Counted from the stretch's first letter, positions 48,592 to 58,714 are shown. The stretch: DNA of 64,000 nucleotides from Candidatus Woesearchaeota archaeon (GCA_018221135.1 JAAOYB010000050.1:527-64526), one strand, 5' to 3'. Numbers and translations are program-made. The notes: generated by a model from the sequence alone, not told the origin.

Positions 48592-48636
48592 TTTCCATTA
48601 ATTATTTAAAGCATTATATATAAAAAAGGTATTATT

Positions 48637-48954
48637 ATGAAACGGGGTAAGGGGCGCCCTAGGGGTAGCGGGATTCGTGACAACATCATAGAGATTCTTT
48701 ACTTTTTAAAAAAAGGTTATGGTTACGAGATTCACAAAATTTACTCCGCGGTTTTTGGCAAGGTTACTCAGAGAAGCATTTATTACAACTTACAAAAAGG
48801 CCTCAGCATAGGCGAATTCGAATTAGTTGAGGTAAAAAAAGAAAAAGGAGATTATAGTTGGGGAGAAACCACGACAAAGAACATTTACAAACTCGGCAAG
48901 AACAGCAACCCAAGAATAGATGTTCGTGTCAAAAAATATTTAGAAAAAAAGTAA
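48637..48954 (+). CDS. winged-helix DNA-binding protein (PadR-like)
   Basis: 'GYGYEIHK...YYNLQKGLSIGEFELVEV' wHTH-like. Confidence 0.4.
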   Translation: MKRGKGRPRGSGIRDNIIEILYFLKKGYGYEIHKIYSAVFGKVTQRSIYYNLQKGLSIGEFELVEVKKEKGDYSWGETTTKNIYKLGKNSNPRIDVRVKKYLEKK

Positions 48955-48962
48955 TTCTTTTT

Positions 48963-49988
48963 TTATTTTTTCCAGAGCTTTGTTAACTTCTGATCATTAG
49001 TCTTCTTTTTTCCTAGAACTGGGTGTTTTGATAAGTCAGGGCTGTGCTTACTCGCCAACGTTTTTTTGCCTAGTGCTTCAGCCATCGCTCTAACATGGTG
49101 TGGGGCTCCGCCACAACACACCCCTACGTAGTTTATGCCCAGTTTCTTGGCTTTTTTTGCGAACCTGGCCATTTCAAAGCGAGTAGCGACGAAAGGATCT
49201 AGTCCTAAGGGAAAGACTTTCTTCTTTTTTTCTTCTAAGCCAAGCATGTTCTGATGTGTCTTATTGGTTCTGTAAGCTACTGGGAGGGCGGCTATGTAGC
49301 CTTTGCAAGTTTTTCTTATCTTCTTTAACAACGGCATCATAGTCATCGGTCCTTTTGCGCAGTTCAACCCCACGACTAACGCTCCGTCTTCTTCTAGTTT
49401 CTTGCAAGCTTCTTCTAATGGGACTCCATCAAAAGTCTTATTTGATAACGCTGAGAATGTTATCACCGCGGGTAAGCCATATGATTTTATGACTTCCAAC
49501 GCTATTTTTGCCTCTGCGTAGTACCCAAGAGTTTCGGCTATGACATAATCGACTCCTAACTGCTTAGCCCAGCTTACTTGCTCAGAATAAATCCCTTTAA
49601 TTTTTTTTGTTGACTCCTCTGCTTTTTCTGAGTTGTAAGCCCACGTATTAGAAATGTTCCCAGCAACTAACGCGTTGAAAACATCGGCTTGTTTTTTTGC
49701 TATCCTTATCGCTTCTTTGTTTAGTTTCTCTGTGCTACTTGATTGTTTTACGCTGCTCATCTTTTTTTTATCAGCGTAATAAGTAAGCGCCACTACGACG
49801 TCTGAGCCGCAAAGCAAGAACTCCTTTGTAAGCTCAGCTACTGCGTCTGGGTGTTCTAAGACTACTTGTGGGACGTAAGAACCAGCTGTTACGTACCCTC
49901 TTCTTTCAAGCTCGAAAACGTATCCTTCAGCGCATAGAACAACTCCTTTTCTTAAGTGCTCTAACAACCCATTTTTTTGTTTTGCCAC
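48963..49988 (-). CDS. homocysteine S-methyltransferase family protein
   Basis: Pfam S-methyl_trans-like 'GLNCAKGP', 'VGVCCGGAPHH' Zn-binding Cys motifs. Confidence 0.7.
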   Translation of the reverse strand: MAKQKNGLLEHLRKGVVLCAEGYVFELERRGYVTAGSYVPQVVLEHPDAVAELTKEFLLCGSDVVVALTYYADKKKMSSVKQSSSTEKLNKEAIRIAKKQADVFNALVAGNISNTWAYNSEKAEESTKKIKGIYSEQVSWAKQLGVDYVIAETLGYYAEAKIALEVIKSYGLPAVITFSALSNKTFDGVPLEEACKKLEEDGALVVGLNCAKGPMTMMPLLKKIRKTCKGYIAALPVAYRTNKTHQNMLGLEEKKKKVFPLGLDPFVATRFEMARFAKKAKKLGINYVGVCCGGAPHHVRAMAEALGKKTLASKHSPDLSKHPVLGKKKTNDQKLTKLWKK

Positions 49989-50025
49989 AAAACTCTTTTG
50001 TGGACTTATTCTTATTTAAGTTATT

Positions 50026-50721
50026 CTATTTCTTGATTTTTTTGAAGAAGCCGATAAGAGCTATTAATTCCCTCTTACTCGGTGTTGCTCTCATAATTAT
50101 TTTTTTTAACGTCTTATAAGCAGTGTTCTTCTTAGTCGGAGTCACAAAACTCAACCGGGTAAGAGCGTTATTTATTTCTTTATCCAAAACTTTTTTTTCC
50201 TCGATAACAGGAGGTTTTATGTGGCTTGTTATCGTTGTGTCAAGAAATGCTTTGCTAGCCTCGTACAATATTATCGTCACGGCGTGGCTTATGTTCATAA
50301 CCGCGTAATCCTTGCTTGTAGGGATGCTAATCAAAAAATCGCATTGCTTGATCTCGCTGTTTGTGAGTCCGTGTTCTTCCCTGCCAAATACTAATGCTAA
50401 TTTCTTGTTCTTAACGCGTTTAAAAACTTTGTTTGACTCGTGACTTGATAAAGGCGTTCTTGGAATATTATAATCACTTCCCAGTTTGCCTGTTGTTCCT
50501 ATGACTACGTCATAGCTTTCTAAGAAATCAATGTTTTTCTCTACTACCGCGTTTTCAAGGATTTCTTTTGAGTGCTTAGCGCGTCTAAACGCGTCGTCAA
50601 CTAAGTGATCTCCTACAGGGTTTACTAAGACTAATTTTTCAAACCCAAAATTCTTCATCGCCCTACATACCGCTCCGATGTTCCCTTGGTTTTTAGGCTC
50701 AATTAGAACTACGCTTAACAT
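50026..50721 (-). CDS. SpoU/TrmH-family RNA 2'-O-methyltransferase (TrmJ-like)
   Basis: 'VVLIEPKNQGNIGAVCRAMKNFGFEKLVLVNP' SPOUT N-terminal motif. Confidence 0.7.
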   Translation of the reverse strand: MLSVVLIEPKNQGNIGAVCRAMKNFGFEKLVLVNPVGDHLVDDAFRRAKHSKEILENAVVEKNIDFLESYDVVIGTTGKLGSDYNIPRTPLSSHESNKVFKRVKNKKLALVFGREEHGLTNSEIKQCDFLISIPTSKDYAVMNISHAVTIILYEASKAFLDTTITSHIKPPVIEEKKVLDKEINNALTRLSFVTPTKKNTAYKTLKKIIMRATPSKRELIALIGFFKKIKK

Positions 50722-50775
50722 AATAAAAGAAAAATAAAGAGTGCTTATATAAAAAAGTAATGCAACCCAAAAAAA

Positions 50776-51963
50776 TTAGAATCCTAAGATTTTTTTAAGA
50801 ATCGGTGAGAATATCAACACTAATAATATGAGTAGGGTGGCGTAGCTTATCTTTGCCCATATAAAATCTGCTTTTTTGTCCTCTCCAATTACTTTTCGAG
50901 TAGCTGTTTGAAGCATCCTACCACCATCAACTGGGCCGAGAGGTAATAGGTTAGCCAAGCCAATACCTAAGCTTAAGACATAAATCCAAAAAAATTGTTC
51001 TCCCAACATTTTCAGAAAGCCATAAAAGAATCTGAAAAAGAAGTTATCACTTTTTAATTCAACTTTAGTCATTATCCCACTAACACCAAGATACCCCCTA
51101 GAAGAGTCGTCTGGGTTAGTGCTTAGCGCCAAATCAAATTTGTCTCCTTGATTTGTGATTAGAGTAATTGATTCATTAGGCCTATACCTTCCTAACTCAG
51201 CCATAAAACTATCTGAGTCAAGGACTTCAACATCGTTAAAACCAGTTATTATCACGCTATTATTAAGACTCGCCACGCTAGCCGGGGTGTCGTTTAAGAT
51301 GTTAGTAAAATAAACACCTGAACTAACACTCATAGCACCACTTAAAGGATTAAGGACGAACATCACCGCTAATAATACGAGAGCCGCGGTTAAGACATTA
51401 CTAAAAGGCCCCGCTGCGAAGATACTATATTGTACCACATCACTTTTTGTTTTCAATTGCTCCTCATCAGGTTCTACAAAAGCCCCGATTAATGGTCCAA
51501 AAAAAACTATTCCTGTATTCTTAATTCTTAAGCCGTGAGCCGCTGCTACTATTCCATGGCTGAACTCATGAATTGTTACTACTGTAAATAATCCTATGAT
51601 ACCATACCATAAAGGAATGAAGAAATCAAAGCCAGGAATCCTAACACCCGGTATTACTGGTTGAACCGCTGGGGGAGCGCTAGGATTAATCAGCAATTCC
51701 CACAAAGCGTGTAACATGACAAAACTAATAGTTACCATGCCAACAAAACCGATACCGATACCGATGTATCCAAGTATTTTTACTAGTTCTTTGTTCTTAT
51801 TAGCGAAACTATGAATTTTTTTGACACCAAAACTAGTTCTGTACAAAGCTATTATCTTTGCTTGTATCTCAAATTTTCTTCGATTAGCATAAATTATTAA
51901 GATGACAGCTGCGTAGAAAATAATAACTGATTTGTATGTACCTAAAAAAGAAGCTAAACTCAT
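50776..51963 (-). CDS. site-2 protease (S2P/RseP-family zinc metalloprotease with PDZ domain)
   Basis: 'HEFSHG' HExxH in TM helix; 'LANLLPLGPVDGG' LDG motif. Confidence 0.8.
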   Translation of the reverse strand: MSLASFLGTYKSVIIFYAAVILIIYANRRKFEIQAKIIALYRTSFGVKKIHSFANKNKELVKILGYIGIGIGFVGMVTISFVMLHALWELLINPSAPPAVQPVIPGVRIPGFDFFIPLWYGIIGLFTVVTIHEFSHGIVAAAHGLRIKNTGIVFFGPLIGAFVEPDEEQLKTKSDVVQYSIFAAGPFSNVLTAALVLLAVMFVLNPLSGAMSVSSGVYFTNILNDTPASVASLNNSVIITGFNDVEVLDSDSFMAELGRYRPNESITLITNQGDKFDLALSTNPDDSSRGYLGVSGIMTKVELKSDNFFFRFFYGFLKMLGEQFFWIYVLSLGIGLANLLPLGPVDGGRMLQTATRKVIGEDKKADFIWAKISYATLLILLVLIFSPILKKILGF

Positions 51964-52121
51964 TTTTTACGAACAGTCCTCAGCGATTTAGAGTTGCAAC
52001 TTCTGCACTTTACTTTTCCTGATAAGACTTTCATATTTGGAGCTCGAACTTTGTTTTTGCACTTTCTGCAAATAAAAACGTTTTTAAAAATCCGAGTCTC
52101 TGCTTCTGGGAACTTAGCCAT
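51960..52121 (-). CDS. rpl40e: 50S ribosomal protein L40e
   Basis: 'MAKFPEAETRIF...CRKCKNKV...CRSCNS' matches L40e; the track's N-terminal extension (to 52169) overlaps aIF5A and is rejected. Confidence 0.75.
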   Translation of the reverse strand: MAKFPEAETRIFKNVFICRKCKNKVRAPNMKVLSGKVKCRSCNSKSLRTVRKK

Positions 52122-52123
52122 TT

Positions 52124-52522
52124 TTATTCTTTTATTTGTTTCATAACTTTGTCTTTTAAGATAATCCAATAAACAACTGTTGAGCCCTCAACGCACGAAT
52201 CTTTTAGTTCATCTGGTATTTCCAAATCAAAAGTCTCATAAGTCTCGGAGTCCATTACGTTAGCATCATTTCCAGCGATGCTTAGTACTTGAGCGTTTCT
52301 CTTATCAATTATTGGGACTTCGATGTTATCATGACCAGGCATTGTTATAACTCTTGTTTTACCATCAAGAATCCCTGATGCACTAAGACGTACTTTTGCA
52401 TGGCCATGCTTTCCTGGCCTACTAGTCTGAGTGTCTTTAACAATGCATGCTACTCCATCGATTACTACCCAGTTTCCTTTCTTTAAGCCGCCAACACTTG
52501 ATAACTTTATTTCTCCTTCCAT
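52124..52522 (-). CDS. eif5a: translation initiation factor 5A (aIF5A, hypusine-containing)
   Basis: Hypusination loop 'SRPGKHGHAK'; 132 aa. Confidence 0.9.
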   Translation of the reverse strand: MEGEIKLSSVGGLKKGNWVVIDGVACIVKDTQTSRPGKHGHAKVRLSASGILDGKTRVITMPGHDNIEVPIIDKRNAQVLSIAGNDANVMDSETYETFDLEIPDELKDSCVEGSTVVYWIILKDKVMKQIKE

Positions 52523-52594
52523 TTATGATATCACTCTATCTTAAAAGTTTATAAAAACCTATTTTTTGAAGGGATAATGTTTTATTTAAATAGT

Positions 52595-52996
52595 TTATGG
52601 TTTCCAATAGTACAGTTTTATGACGCCATCATCTAAGCTATTTGTTATGTTGCCTGTGATATACACGCTGTCCAAAAAAACTGTTTTCTTAGGTAAGCTT
52701 GGTCGTTCCCTGTTGCAAATAACAAAATCGTAATCCTCAAGTAAAGGCTTTGTGAGATTAACTAGGAGGGTGTTATTAGTTTTGTACTCACAATTATCAA
52801 CTAATGTAAAGATGTTGTTTCTAAACTCATCATCACCTAATAATTTTATTAGTGTCTGCTTGTTTTCTTCGTTCTTATTTGTGAGTTGAGGATTATAAGT
52901 ACTAGCTAAGAAACTAAAAGTTATGATCACAGCGATTAATGCTTCTAAACTCCTAAGATACGCAACTTTATTCATTTTCCTCATTTTTTTTACCAT
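52595..52996 (-). CDS. small pilin-like protein (possible class III/type IV prepilin signal)
   Basis: Basic N-terminus then hydrophobic 'LEALIAVIITFSFLA'; NxT/S sequons; 7-nt overlap with upstream pilin-like gene. Confidence 0.4.
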   Translation of the reverse strand: MVKKMRKMNKVAYLRSLEALIAVIITFSFLASTYNPQLTNKNEENKQTLIKLLGDDEFRNNIFTLVDNCEYKTNNTLLVNLTKPLLEDYDFVICNRERPSLPKKTVFLDSVYITGNITNSLDDGVIKLYYWKP

Positions 52997-54255
52997 ACCG
53001 TGACGTGAAGAGTCATCCTTTCTTGGTTTAAGTATTTGTCTTGTACTTTTACTATTTCATCTTTTGAATAAACAATTGTGTTCGGGTCGTAATAATATCC
53101 ACCTATACTAAGAAGCGTGTTATTTCTTCTTGTCTGCGTGTCTTTAATCGTGGTGTTATACAACCTTATCGCAAAGTTCTCATTGACGTTTGCAGAAGTT
53201 TTAATGCTTTGTTCTGTTAAGTTCCCCGCTCCTAATAGCATTATTTCATACTTAGTAATAGGGACTCCGAAAACCGTTTCGTATTCGGAGATGGTTTGAT
53301 TGGAAAAAATTGTTTGGTATTGCATGTTTTGGTTAATAAAAGTAAAACTAAGAAGTGCTTCGTAGTCTTCATAACAAATATTGATATCTACTTCTTTGTT
53401 AAAAACTATGCTCATAGACTCATTGTTCTCGTCGCTTAACATTATTTCTTTGTTATTGCTAACAACACATTTTTGTTGTGAGACATCTAATGAGTCGTAG
53501 TTGTCGTTGTCTATAAAGTAATCCGTGAAGCCCACCGCTTCGAAACTTATCGTCATGTTATGATTGTTTTGCGCGTCGTTTCTCTTGATTTTCGTCTTGT
53601 AATTATCACTTTCTAACACTATCTTAGTAGTAGAGGTAAAAGGTTGGAATTCTTCTACTAAATCTAAGAATACGTCTTTGTTAACACTCTCAAAGTTAAG
53701 ATTGCCGAGTTGTTCGCCTTCTTGAAAATACGCGAAATCTTTTATTCTTAGAACTTCACCGTAATAAACTTCGTCTATGGTATTACCATATTTTATTAGG
53801 AGTTTTGAATTAGGATTAACTATGTTATTCTCTTCGATTATTCCAAGAGCATTAGTATTGTTAGAAGGGTATGTTTGGTCTGATGAGACTAAGTAATAAA
53901 TCTTTGCGCCGCTTACTAAGTCGTCTAGTACGTAGAGTGTTTCGTCTAGGATTACGTATGGCTTACTAGTTTTTAAATACGTTTTTTCTCCTTCTAAAAA
54001 AGATATGTTTACCTCTAATAATTGTTTGTTCATTGATTGATTGCTAAAAACAAAGAAAGGTGTTGTTATTACTTCTTGGCTTAGTTCTTCTACTAATGAC
54101 GCTCTTATCTTCTCATACGATGGCACTAAGAGATTTGGCTCGATAATACTTGGTTTTACGTACATAAAAAACCATGCTAAGTACAATAAGAATATTGCTA
54201 GACTAACAGCCCAATCTACTTGTGAGAAGCCCCTCTTTTTTTTAAGCATGAACAA
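52990..54255 (-). CDS. large type IV pilin-like protein with class III signal peptide
   Basis: 'KKKRG|FSQVDWAVSLAIFLLYLAWFF' prepilin-peptidase-type site; many N-glycosylation sequons. Confidence 0.5.
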   Translation of the reverse strand: MFMLKKKRGFSQVDWAVSLAIFLLYLAWFFMYVKPSIIEPNLLVPSYEKIRASLVEELSQEVITTPFFVFSNQSMNKQLLEVNISFLEGEKTYLKTSKPYVILDETLYVLDDLVSGAKIYYLVSSDQTYPSNNTNALGIIEENNIVNPNSKLLIKYGNTIDEVYYGEVLRIKDFAYFQEGEQLGNLNFESVNKDVFLDLVEEFQPFTSTTKIVLESDNYKTKIKRNDAQNNHNMTISFEAVGFTDYFIDNDNYDSLDVSQQKCVVSNNKEIMLSDENNESMSIVFNKEVDINICYEDYEALLSFTFINQNMQYQTIFSNQTISEYETVFGVPITKYEIMLLGAGNLTEQSIKTSANVNENFAIRLYNTTIKDTQTRRNNTLLSIGGYYYDPNTIVYSKDEIVKVQDKYLNQERMTLHVTVW

Positions 54256-54285
54256 ACATGGTTTTTGGGGTATTAAAAGTTTTTG

Positions 54286-54963
54286 TTATTCTATACTTGT
54301 ACCAATAAAACTCTTGTTTTCAAGTATTCTCTCAAGGTTATCTAAGTTTTTTCCGTGCGCTACTATGACTCTTAACTTGTTCTTTTGAGATTCAATCACT
54401 GCTTTGGAATCTATTGGGGCGTGTAGTCCTGGTTTCCAATCACCTCCTACGTTTCTTCGAAGATCATCCCACCCTATTTTTTTTATTGGTTTTGCATCTT
54501 TGTGTTTTTTTGGGTCTTTATCATAGATATATTCTACGTTTGTTAAGATTATGAGTTTTTTTTCTTGGAATTGTTCTGCTATGAGGCACGAGACGTAATC
54601 AGTACTCCAACCTGGTTTGTACCCCGCAACAACTATTATTTCTTGGTTTTTAGGCAGTGGTTTTGTGGGGTCAGTTATTATGTGCTTATAACTTTTTTTT
54701 TCAAATTTTAGTTTTAGTAAGTTCGCGTTTAGCTCTGTTGCGTGTATCCCTATCCAGTCTATGACTTCTTTTGGGGGGTTGCTTATCTTAGTTATCGCGT
54801 CTTGATATTTTCTTGCGATGTACCCCCCACCTACTACTATAACAAACTTTTTTTGTTTTTTGGTCTGCCTTATTATTAGGTCTTTGAACTTTTTTAGAAA
54901 ATCGATGTCGAATTCTTGTGGCGCGAAGATGCTTCCGCCAAGTTTTAAAATAATTGTCTCCAT
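54286..54963 (-). CDS. pyrH: uridylate (UMP) kinase, archaeal type
   Basis: Amino-acid-kinase fold 'LKLGGS', 'VVGGG', 'IGIHATELNANLL', 'TNVEYIYDKDPKK'. Confidence 0.75.
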   Translation of the reverse strand: METIILKLGGSIFAPQEFDIDFLKKFKDLIIRQTKKQKKFVIVVGGGYIARKYQDAITKISNPPKEVIDWIGIHATELNANLLKLKFEKKSYKHIITDPTKPLPKNQEIIVVAGYKPGWSTDYVSCLIAEQFQEKKLIILTNVEYIYDKDPKKHKDAKPIKKIGWDDLRRNVGGDWKPGLHAPIDSKAVIESQKNKLRVIVAHGKNLDNLERILENKSFIGTSIE

Positions 54964-55002
54964 AAACTAAAAAAATAGGTGGGGTCTTATTAATAAATTT
55001 TT

Positions 55003-55779
55003 TTATTCGAATAACTTCTTGTAGTTTAAGTATATGTTGTTCTCAACTTCTCTTGCATCCATTCCTTTTATCTCAGCGATTTTCTTGATAGTCTCAGCAA
55101 CATATGCTGGTTCGTTTAACTTATCTTGGTACGGGCTCAGGTAAGGAGCGTCTGTCTCAGTTAATAACCTTGTTATTGGTACCATCTCAACAAGTCTTTG
55201 GAAGTGATCGCTTTTAACAATGTTTGTTGGCACACTAAAAAAATAATTTTTTTCAACGCCGCTTCGTATCAAGTGTTTTCTGCCACTAAAACAATGCAAC
55301 ACTATTTTTTTGTGTTTGTAATCTTCTAAGAATTCGAGGAGTTCACGCTCCGCTTTTCTACTGTGCAAAATGATTGGTTTATCTTGTTTTATAGCTAATC
55401 GCATAATCTTTGATAAGATCTCTTTTTGCATCTTGACATCTTTGCCGTTGTATAAGTCAAGGCCGACTTCTCCAAAACTAATAAAGTCGTTTGGGTGAGA
55501 GTTCATAAACTCGATTTCTTCATCGATATCAAAAGGTTTCAACTCAAAGCCTTCGACGTCGCATTCGCGATCCAAGGCGTCAGGGGGGTAAATCCCTAGA
55601 GAAGCCTTAACAATATCGTGTTTTCTTGCTAACTCCAAGCTTATACGATTAGTTTCTTTATTAATTCCATTAGTAACAACTGCGACGACCCCTGCTTTTT
55701 TAGCTCTACTAATAATAGCGTCGATATCTTTATAGATTGCGTGGTGATCGAGGTGTGCGTGTATATCAACTAGTACCAT
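55003..55779 (-). CDS. tatD: TatD-family metal-dependent hydrolase/DNase
   Basis: 'VDIHAHLD' start and TatD His/Glu/Asp motifs. Confidence 0.85.
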   Translation of the reverse strand: MVLVDIHAHLDHHAIYKDIDAIISRAKKAGVVAVVTNGINKETNRISLELARKHDIVKASLGIYPPDALDRECDVEGFELKPFDIDEEIEFMNSHPNDFISFGEVGLDLYNGKDVKMQKEILSKIMRLAIKQDKPIILHSRKAERELLEFLEDYKHKKIVLHCFSGRKHLIRSGVEKNYFFSVPTNIVKSDHFQRLVEMVPITRLLTETDAPYLSPYQDKLNEPAYVAETIKKIAEIKGMDAREVENNIYLNYKKLFE

Positions 55780-55802
55780 TATAAGATATGGGAGAACCTC
55801 TT

Positions 55803-56897
55803 CTATTTTTTAATCTTTTTTATTTGTTCAAAAACGTCTTCGACTTCGTCATCGCTTATCTTGTCGAGTTTCTCAAAAATCTGCTTTTTTTGTGCTACTC
55901 CGCTTCTTTGCTCCTCAAGATTTTTTCTAAGCTGATTTTTTAATTCTCGTCTTTTATGAAGGTAATCCAGGACTTCTTTTCTTGTTTTCCTCTCTTGGAG
56001 AACACTTAATTCTTCTCCTTTTACCTCCTTGTCAAAGTAGTCAAAGAAATCTTTTACTTCGTTCTCCCTTTTTTGTTGGCCGAGTTTTCGAAGAAGTGAC
56101 TCCGGGCTCCCTCTTGTTTCTTTTGCATAGAACGGGATGTTTTTCTTAGAACTTTTTTCTTCTTCCTTTACTTTTTGTTCTTGTGCCACCTTTTGTTCTT
56201 CTTCTATTTTTTCTTGGGTTTTCTTTTTGAATTTGCTGTTTGGGCCAAGCAAAGAAAAATAAGCTTTTTCAAATATGCTTATCGTGTTTTGATAAGTTTT
56301 TTCTAAGAACTGGTTTATTTTGTTCAAGTCAACCCCTTTTAGGTTTATCTTAAAACCGACTTTTTTTTGTGGTGTTTTTATTTCTTCTTGCATGAGTTCT
56401 TCTTTTTCTTGTTCTTGATTTTGCATGATTTCTTGTTTCTTTTTTGTTTCTTGCATTATTTCCTTGTCTTTTTTTCTGCTAACCAAGAAATACACGAATA
56501 AGAGAACTGCTAATAAGACGCTAAGAACAGGTATTAAGATGTTTATAGAAGTCTGAAAATTAATCGGGCTATACTTATTATTTGGGTTTGTCCCAAGCTC
56601 GTTTTCTTTTTTATCATTGTATCCGTCCCCATCACTGTCTGGATTGGTCGGGTTTGTGCCAAGAGTTGCTTCTTGAAGGTCTAATAAGCCATCATTATCA
56701 GTATCGAGTTGGGAATTGCTAAGTTGGGGGTTGAGACCGTTTTCTTTTTCGTATTCGTCGCTTAATCCGTCGTTGTCAAAGTCGTATTTATACTTGTCTT
56801 TCTCATCTGGTATCCCATCACGATCACTATCTAAACCTAGTGCTACACTTGAGAACAAAAATACTAATATTAGTAATATGCCGACCTCTTTTTTCAT
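55803..56897 (-). CDS. membrane protein with extracellular thrombospondin-type-3-like Ca-binding repeats and cytoplasmic K/E-rich coiled coil
   Basis: Signal peptide; repeated 'D.D.DG..D' ('DSDRDGIPD', 'DFDNDGLSD', 'DTDNDGLLD', 'DSDGDGYND'); single TM; charged tail. Confidence 0.5.
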   Translation of the reverse strand: MKKEVGILLILVFLFSSVALGLDSDRDGIPDEKDKYKYDFDNDGLSDEYEKENGLNPQLSNSQLDTDNDGLLDLQEATLGTNPTNPDSDGDGYNDKKENELGTNPNNKYSPINFQTSINILIPVLSVLLAVLLFVYFLVSRKKDKEIMQETKKKQEIMQNQEQEKEELMQEEIKTPQKKVGFKINLKGVDLNKINQFLEKTYQNTISIFEKAYFSLLGPNSKFKKKTQEKIEEEQKVAQEQKVKEEEKSSKKNIPFYAKETRGSPESLLRKLGQQKRENEVKDFFDYFDKEVKGEELSVLQERKTRKEVLDYLHKRRELKNQLRKNLEEQRSGVAQKKQIFEKLDKISDDEVEDVFEQIKKIKK

Positions 56898-56937
56898 AAC
56901 AAAGAAAATAAGTGTTTTTTTATGTATAAAAAGGTTT

Positions 56938-57867
56938 CTAGAACTTCTTTTCTAATTCTAGTCTTAGTTCTTCTGCTATTAAGTCTCCTTTAAAATAATC
57001 AACTTTTGCGCAAATACTTAGTTTATCCGCTAGTGCCCTAGCTGCTTTCCCCCTATTTTTCCGAAGCGTTTTTTGTATTATCGGATGATTTATTATCACT
57101 CCGTGCTTTGGGGGTTTAGCCTTGGTTTTTAAGTGCCTAAAAAGTGCGGTTTCCGCGCCTAGTGTCTGAACCGTTGAGGCAGGCATTAAAGAGAGTTGCC
57201 TTATCCCTCCTGCTAAGCTTATTAGTTTGCTTCCAATCATCGCACCTGCGAGAATTAATAGATTCGGCGTGGTTTTCTTCATTAATTCTTTAATGTAGGA
57301 TTCTTTGGCTTTTCTTTCTTCGTATAGTTTTTGAGTTGTTCTTGCCAGTCTTAGTATTTGTTCTACGTCTTTTTTATCCAAGTTTGCTCCCATTGATTCT
57401 TTTGTTTTCAATTCTTTTAGCAGTGTTTTCTTGTCTTTTTTTAGAATCGCGGATACAAAACCTTCGTTATCACCTATTTTCTTAGATACTTCTGGTGCGT
57501 AGAGCGAGTACCACTCCCTTATCCTCTTTGCTAAGGTATTGCTTATTTTTTCTAGTTCTTCTATTAACGAGACGCTTTGGATGATGAGAGTGTCTACTCC
57601 TACTGCTTCACTAATCTTTTTCTTAGTGGTTTTCTCGTCTGTTTCTTTGAAGCTCTTGGCGTCTTCTTTGAAGCTTTGTAGTATTAAGCTTAGCTCTTTA
57701 GCGCTGGGTGTTTCTCCTTTTAAGCTCTGCTTAACACTACTTATTCCTTTTTCTAAGACTTGTTCTTTTTGTTTACTAGAAAAGAGTTTTTTTTCTACTA
57801 GGACTGCTTTGTTTTTCTTTATTTCAAAAACGTATTCTCCTAGTGAATTAACAAAGTAAAGCTTCAT
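56938..57867 (-). CDS. nop5: box C/D snoRNP protein Nop5 (Nop56/58 homologue)
   Basis: NOP domain '[26 protein letters not shown]...[19 protein letters not shown]'. Confidence 0.8.
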   Translation of the reverse strand: MKLYFVNSLGEYVFEIKKNKAVLVEKKLFSSKQKEQVLEKGISSVKQSLKGETPSAKELSLILQSFKEDAKSFKETDEKTTKKKISEAVGVDTLIIQSVSLIEELEKISNTLAKRIREWYSLYAPEVSKKIGDNEGFVSAILKKDKKTLLKELKTKESMGANLDKKDVEQILRLARTTQKLYEERKAKESYIKELMKKTTPNLLILAGAMIGSKLISLAGGIRQLSLMPASTVQTLGAETALFRHLKTKAKPPKHGVIINHPIIQKTLRKNRGKAARALADKLSICAKVDYFKGDLIAEELRLELEKKF

Positions 57868-57918
57868 AGTTTAGAGTGAAACAAGAAATTTATTTATAAA
57901 GTTATTTAATCGTGCTAC

Positions 57919-58620
57919 TTAATCACGAATATTAAGGTGGTCTAAGCTTCTAAGATTATTTATTAATTCATCAAAGTATTCCTTGCCGTAAAAGATTAGG
58001 ACTCCATCTATCTCTGTTCCATTTTGATATCTCTTATTAAAGTATCTTATATCTCCGTTTTTGTACAAATTCATTCCTGAAGGAAGTGAACTATCAACAT
58101 CTCTAAGTACTAATGCCTCTGCGAGTTTTCCTCTAATAACTGATAGTTTCTCTTCTGATTCACTATTTGTTATTAATTCGTGAAGCTCATCACTATTAGC
58201 ATCTAATAATATTTTTTCGAGTCTTTGTCTTTTTCCTCTGTTAACACTGCTAACTAGTTCTTCTTTTTCTTCTTCTGTGAAATTATTAATTATTCCCTGA
58301 GGAGTTGATGAATAAAAAATCTCTGCGTCTATCCCGTTTTTTCTCCCTCCTAAGTAAAGGGTTTGTTCTGAATCGTAGTGAACGACTATTCTGTAAACAT
58401 CAGGGATCCAAGTTATCCCTTTTTCTTCTCTGTAAACATCACCCCAATACTTTAAGAACAACTCTTTTTTGTCTGCTGCTTGCCTCTTTTTCTTGCTTGG
58501 TTTACAACCTACTTCTATGAATCCTATGTCTAAGAAGTCTCCATTTAGTTTTAGTGGTATGCCTTTGATAGGTGACCCAGGGAGTTCAAAGAAAACTTTT
58601 GTTTCCAAATCTGAGCCCAT
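57919..58620 (-). CDS. hypothetical protein
   Basis: ORF track. Confidence 0.4.
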   Translation of the reverse strand: MGSDLETKVFFELPGSPIKGIPLKLNGDFLDIGFIEVGCKPSKKKRQAADKKELFLKYWGDVYREEKGITWIPDVYRIVVHYDSEQTLYLGGRKNGIDAEIFYSSTPQGIINNFTEEEKEELVSSVNRGKRQRLEKILLDANSDELHELITNSESEEKLSVIRGKLAEALVLRDVDSSLPSGMNLYKNGDIRYFNKRYQNGTEIDGVLIFYGKEYFDELINNLRSLDHLNIRD

Positions 58621-58678
58621 CTAATTAGCAGAACATTGGTTTAGACATTTATAAAAATTGTTGTGGTGTAATGCACTA

Positions 58679-58690
58679 ATTATATAAATA
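58679..58690 (+). promoter_or_regulatory. putative TATA box 'TTATATAAATAG' upstream of aRF1
   Basis: ~27-35 nt upstream of ATG, leaderless-like spacing. Confidence 0.35.
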
Positions 58691-58714
58691 GCTCACGACT
58701 CCTAAGGGTTTGTT

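Noticed and set aside
52122-52169. N-terminal extension of L40e in ORF track
   Set aside because: Overlaps the aIF5A 3' end; L40e orthologues start at 'MA(K/R)FPEAE'.
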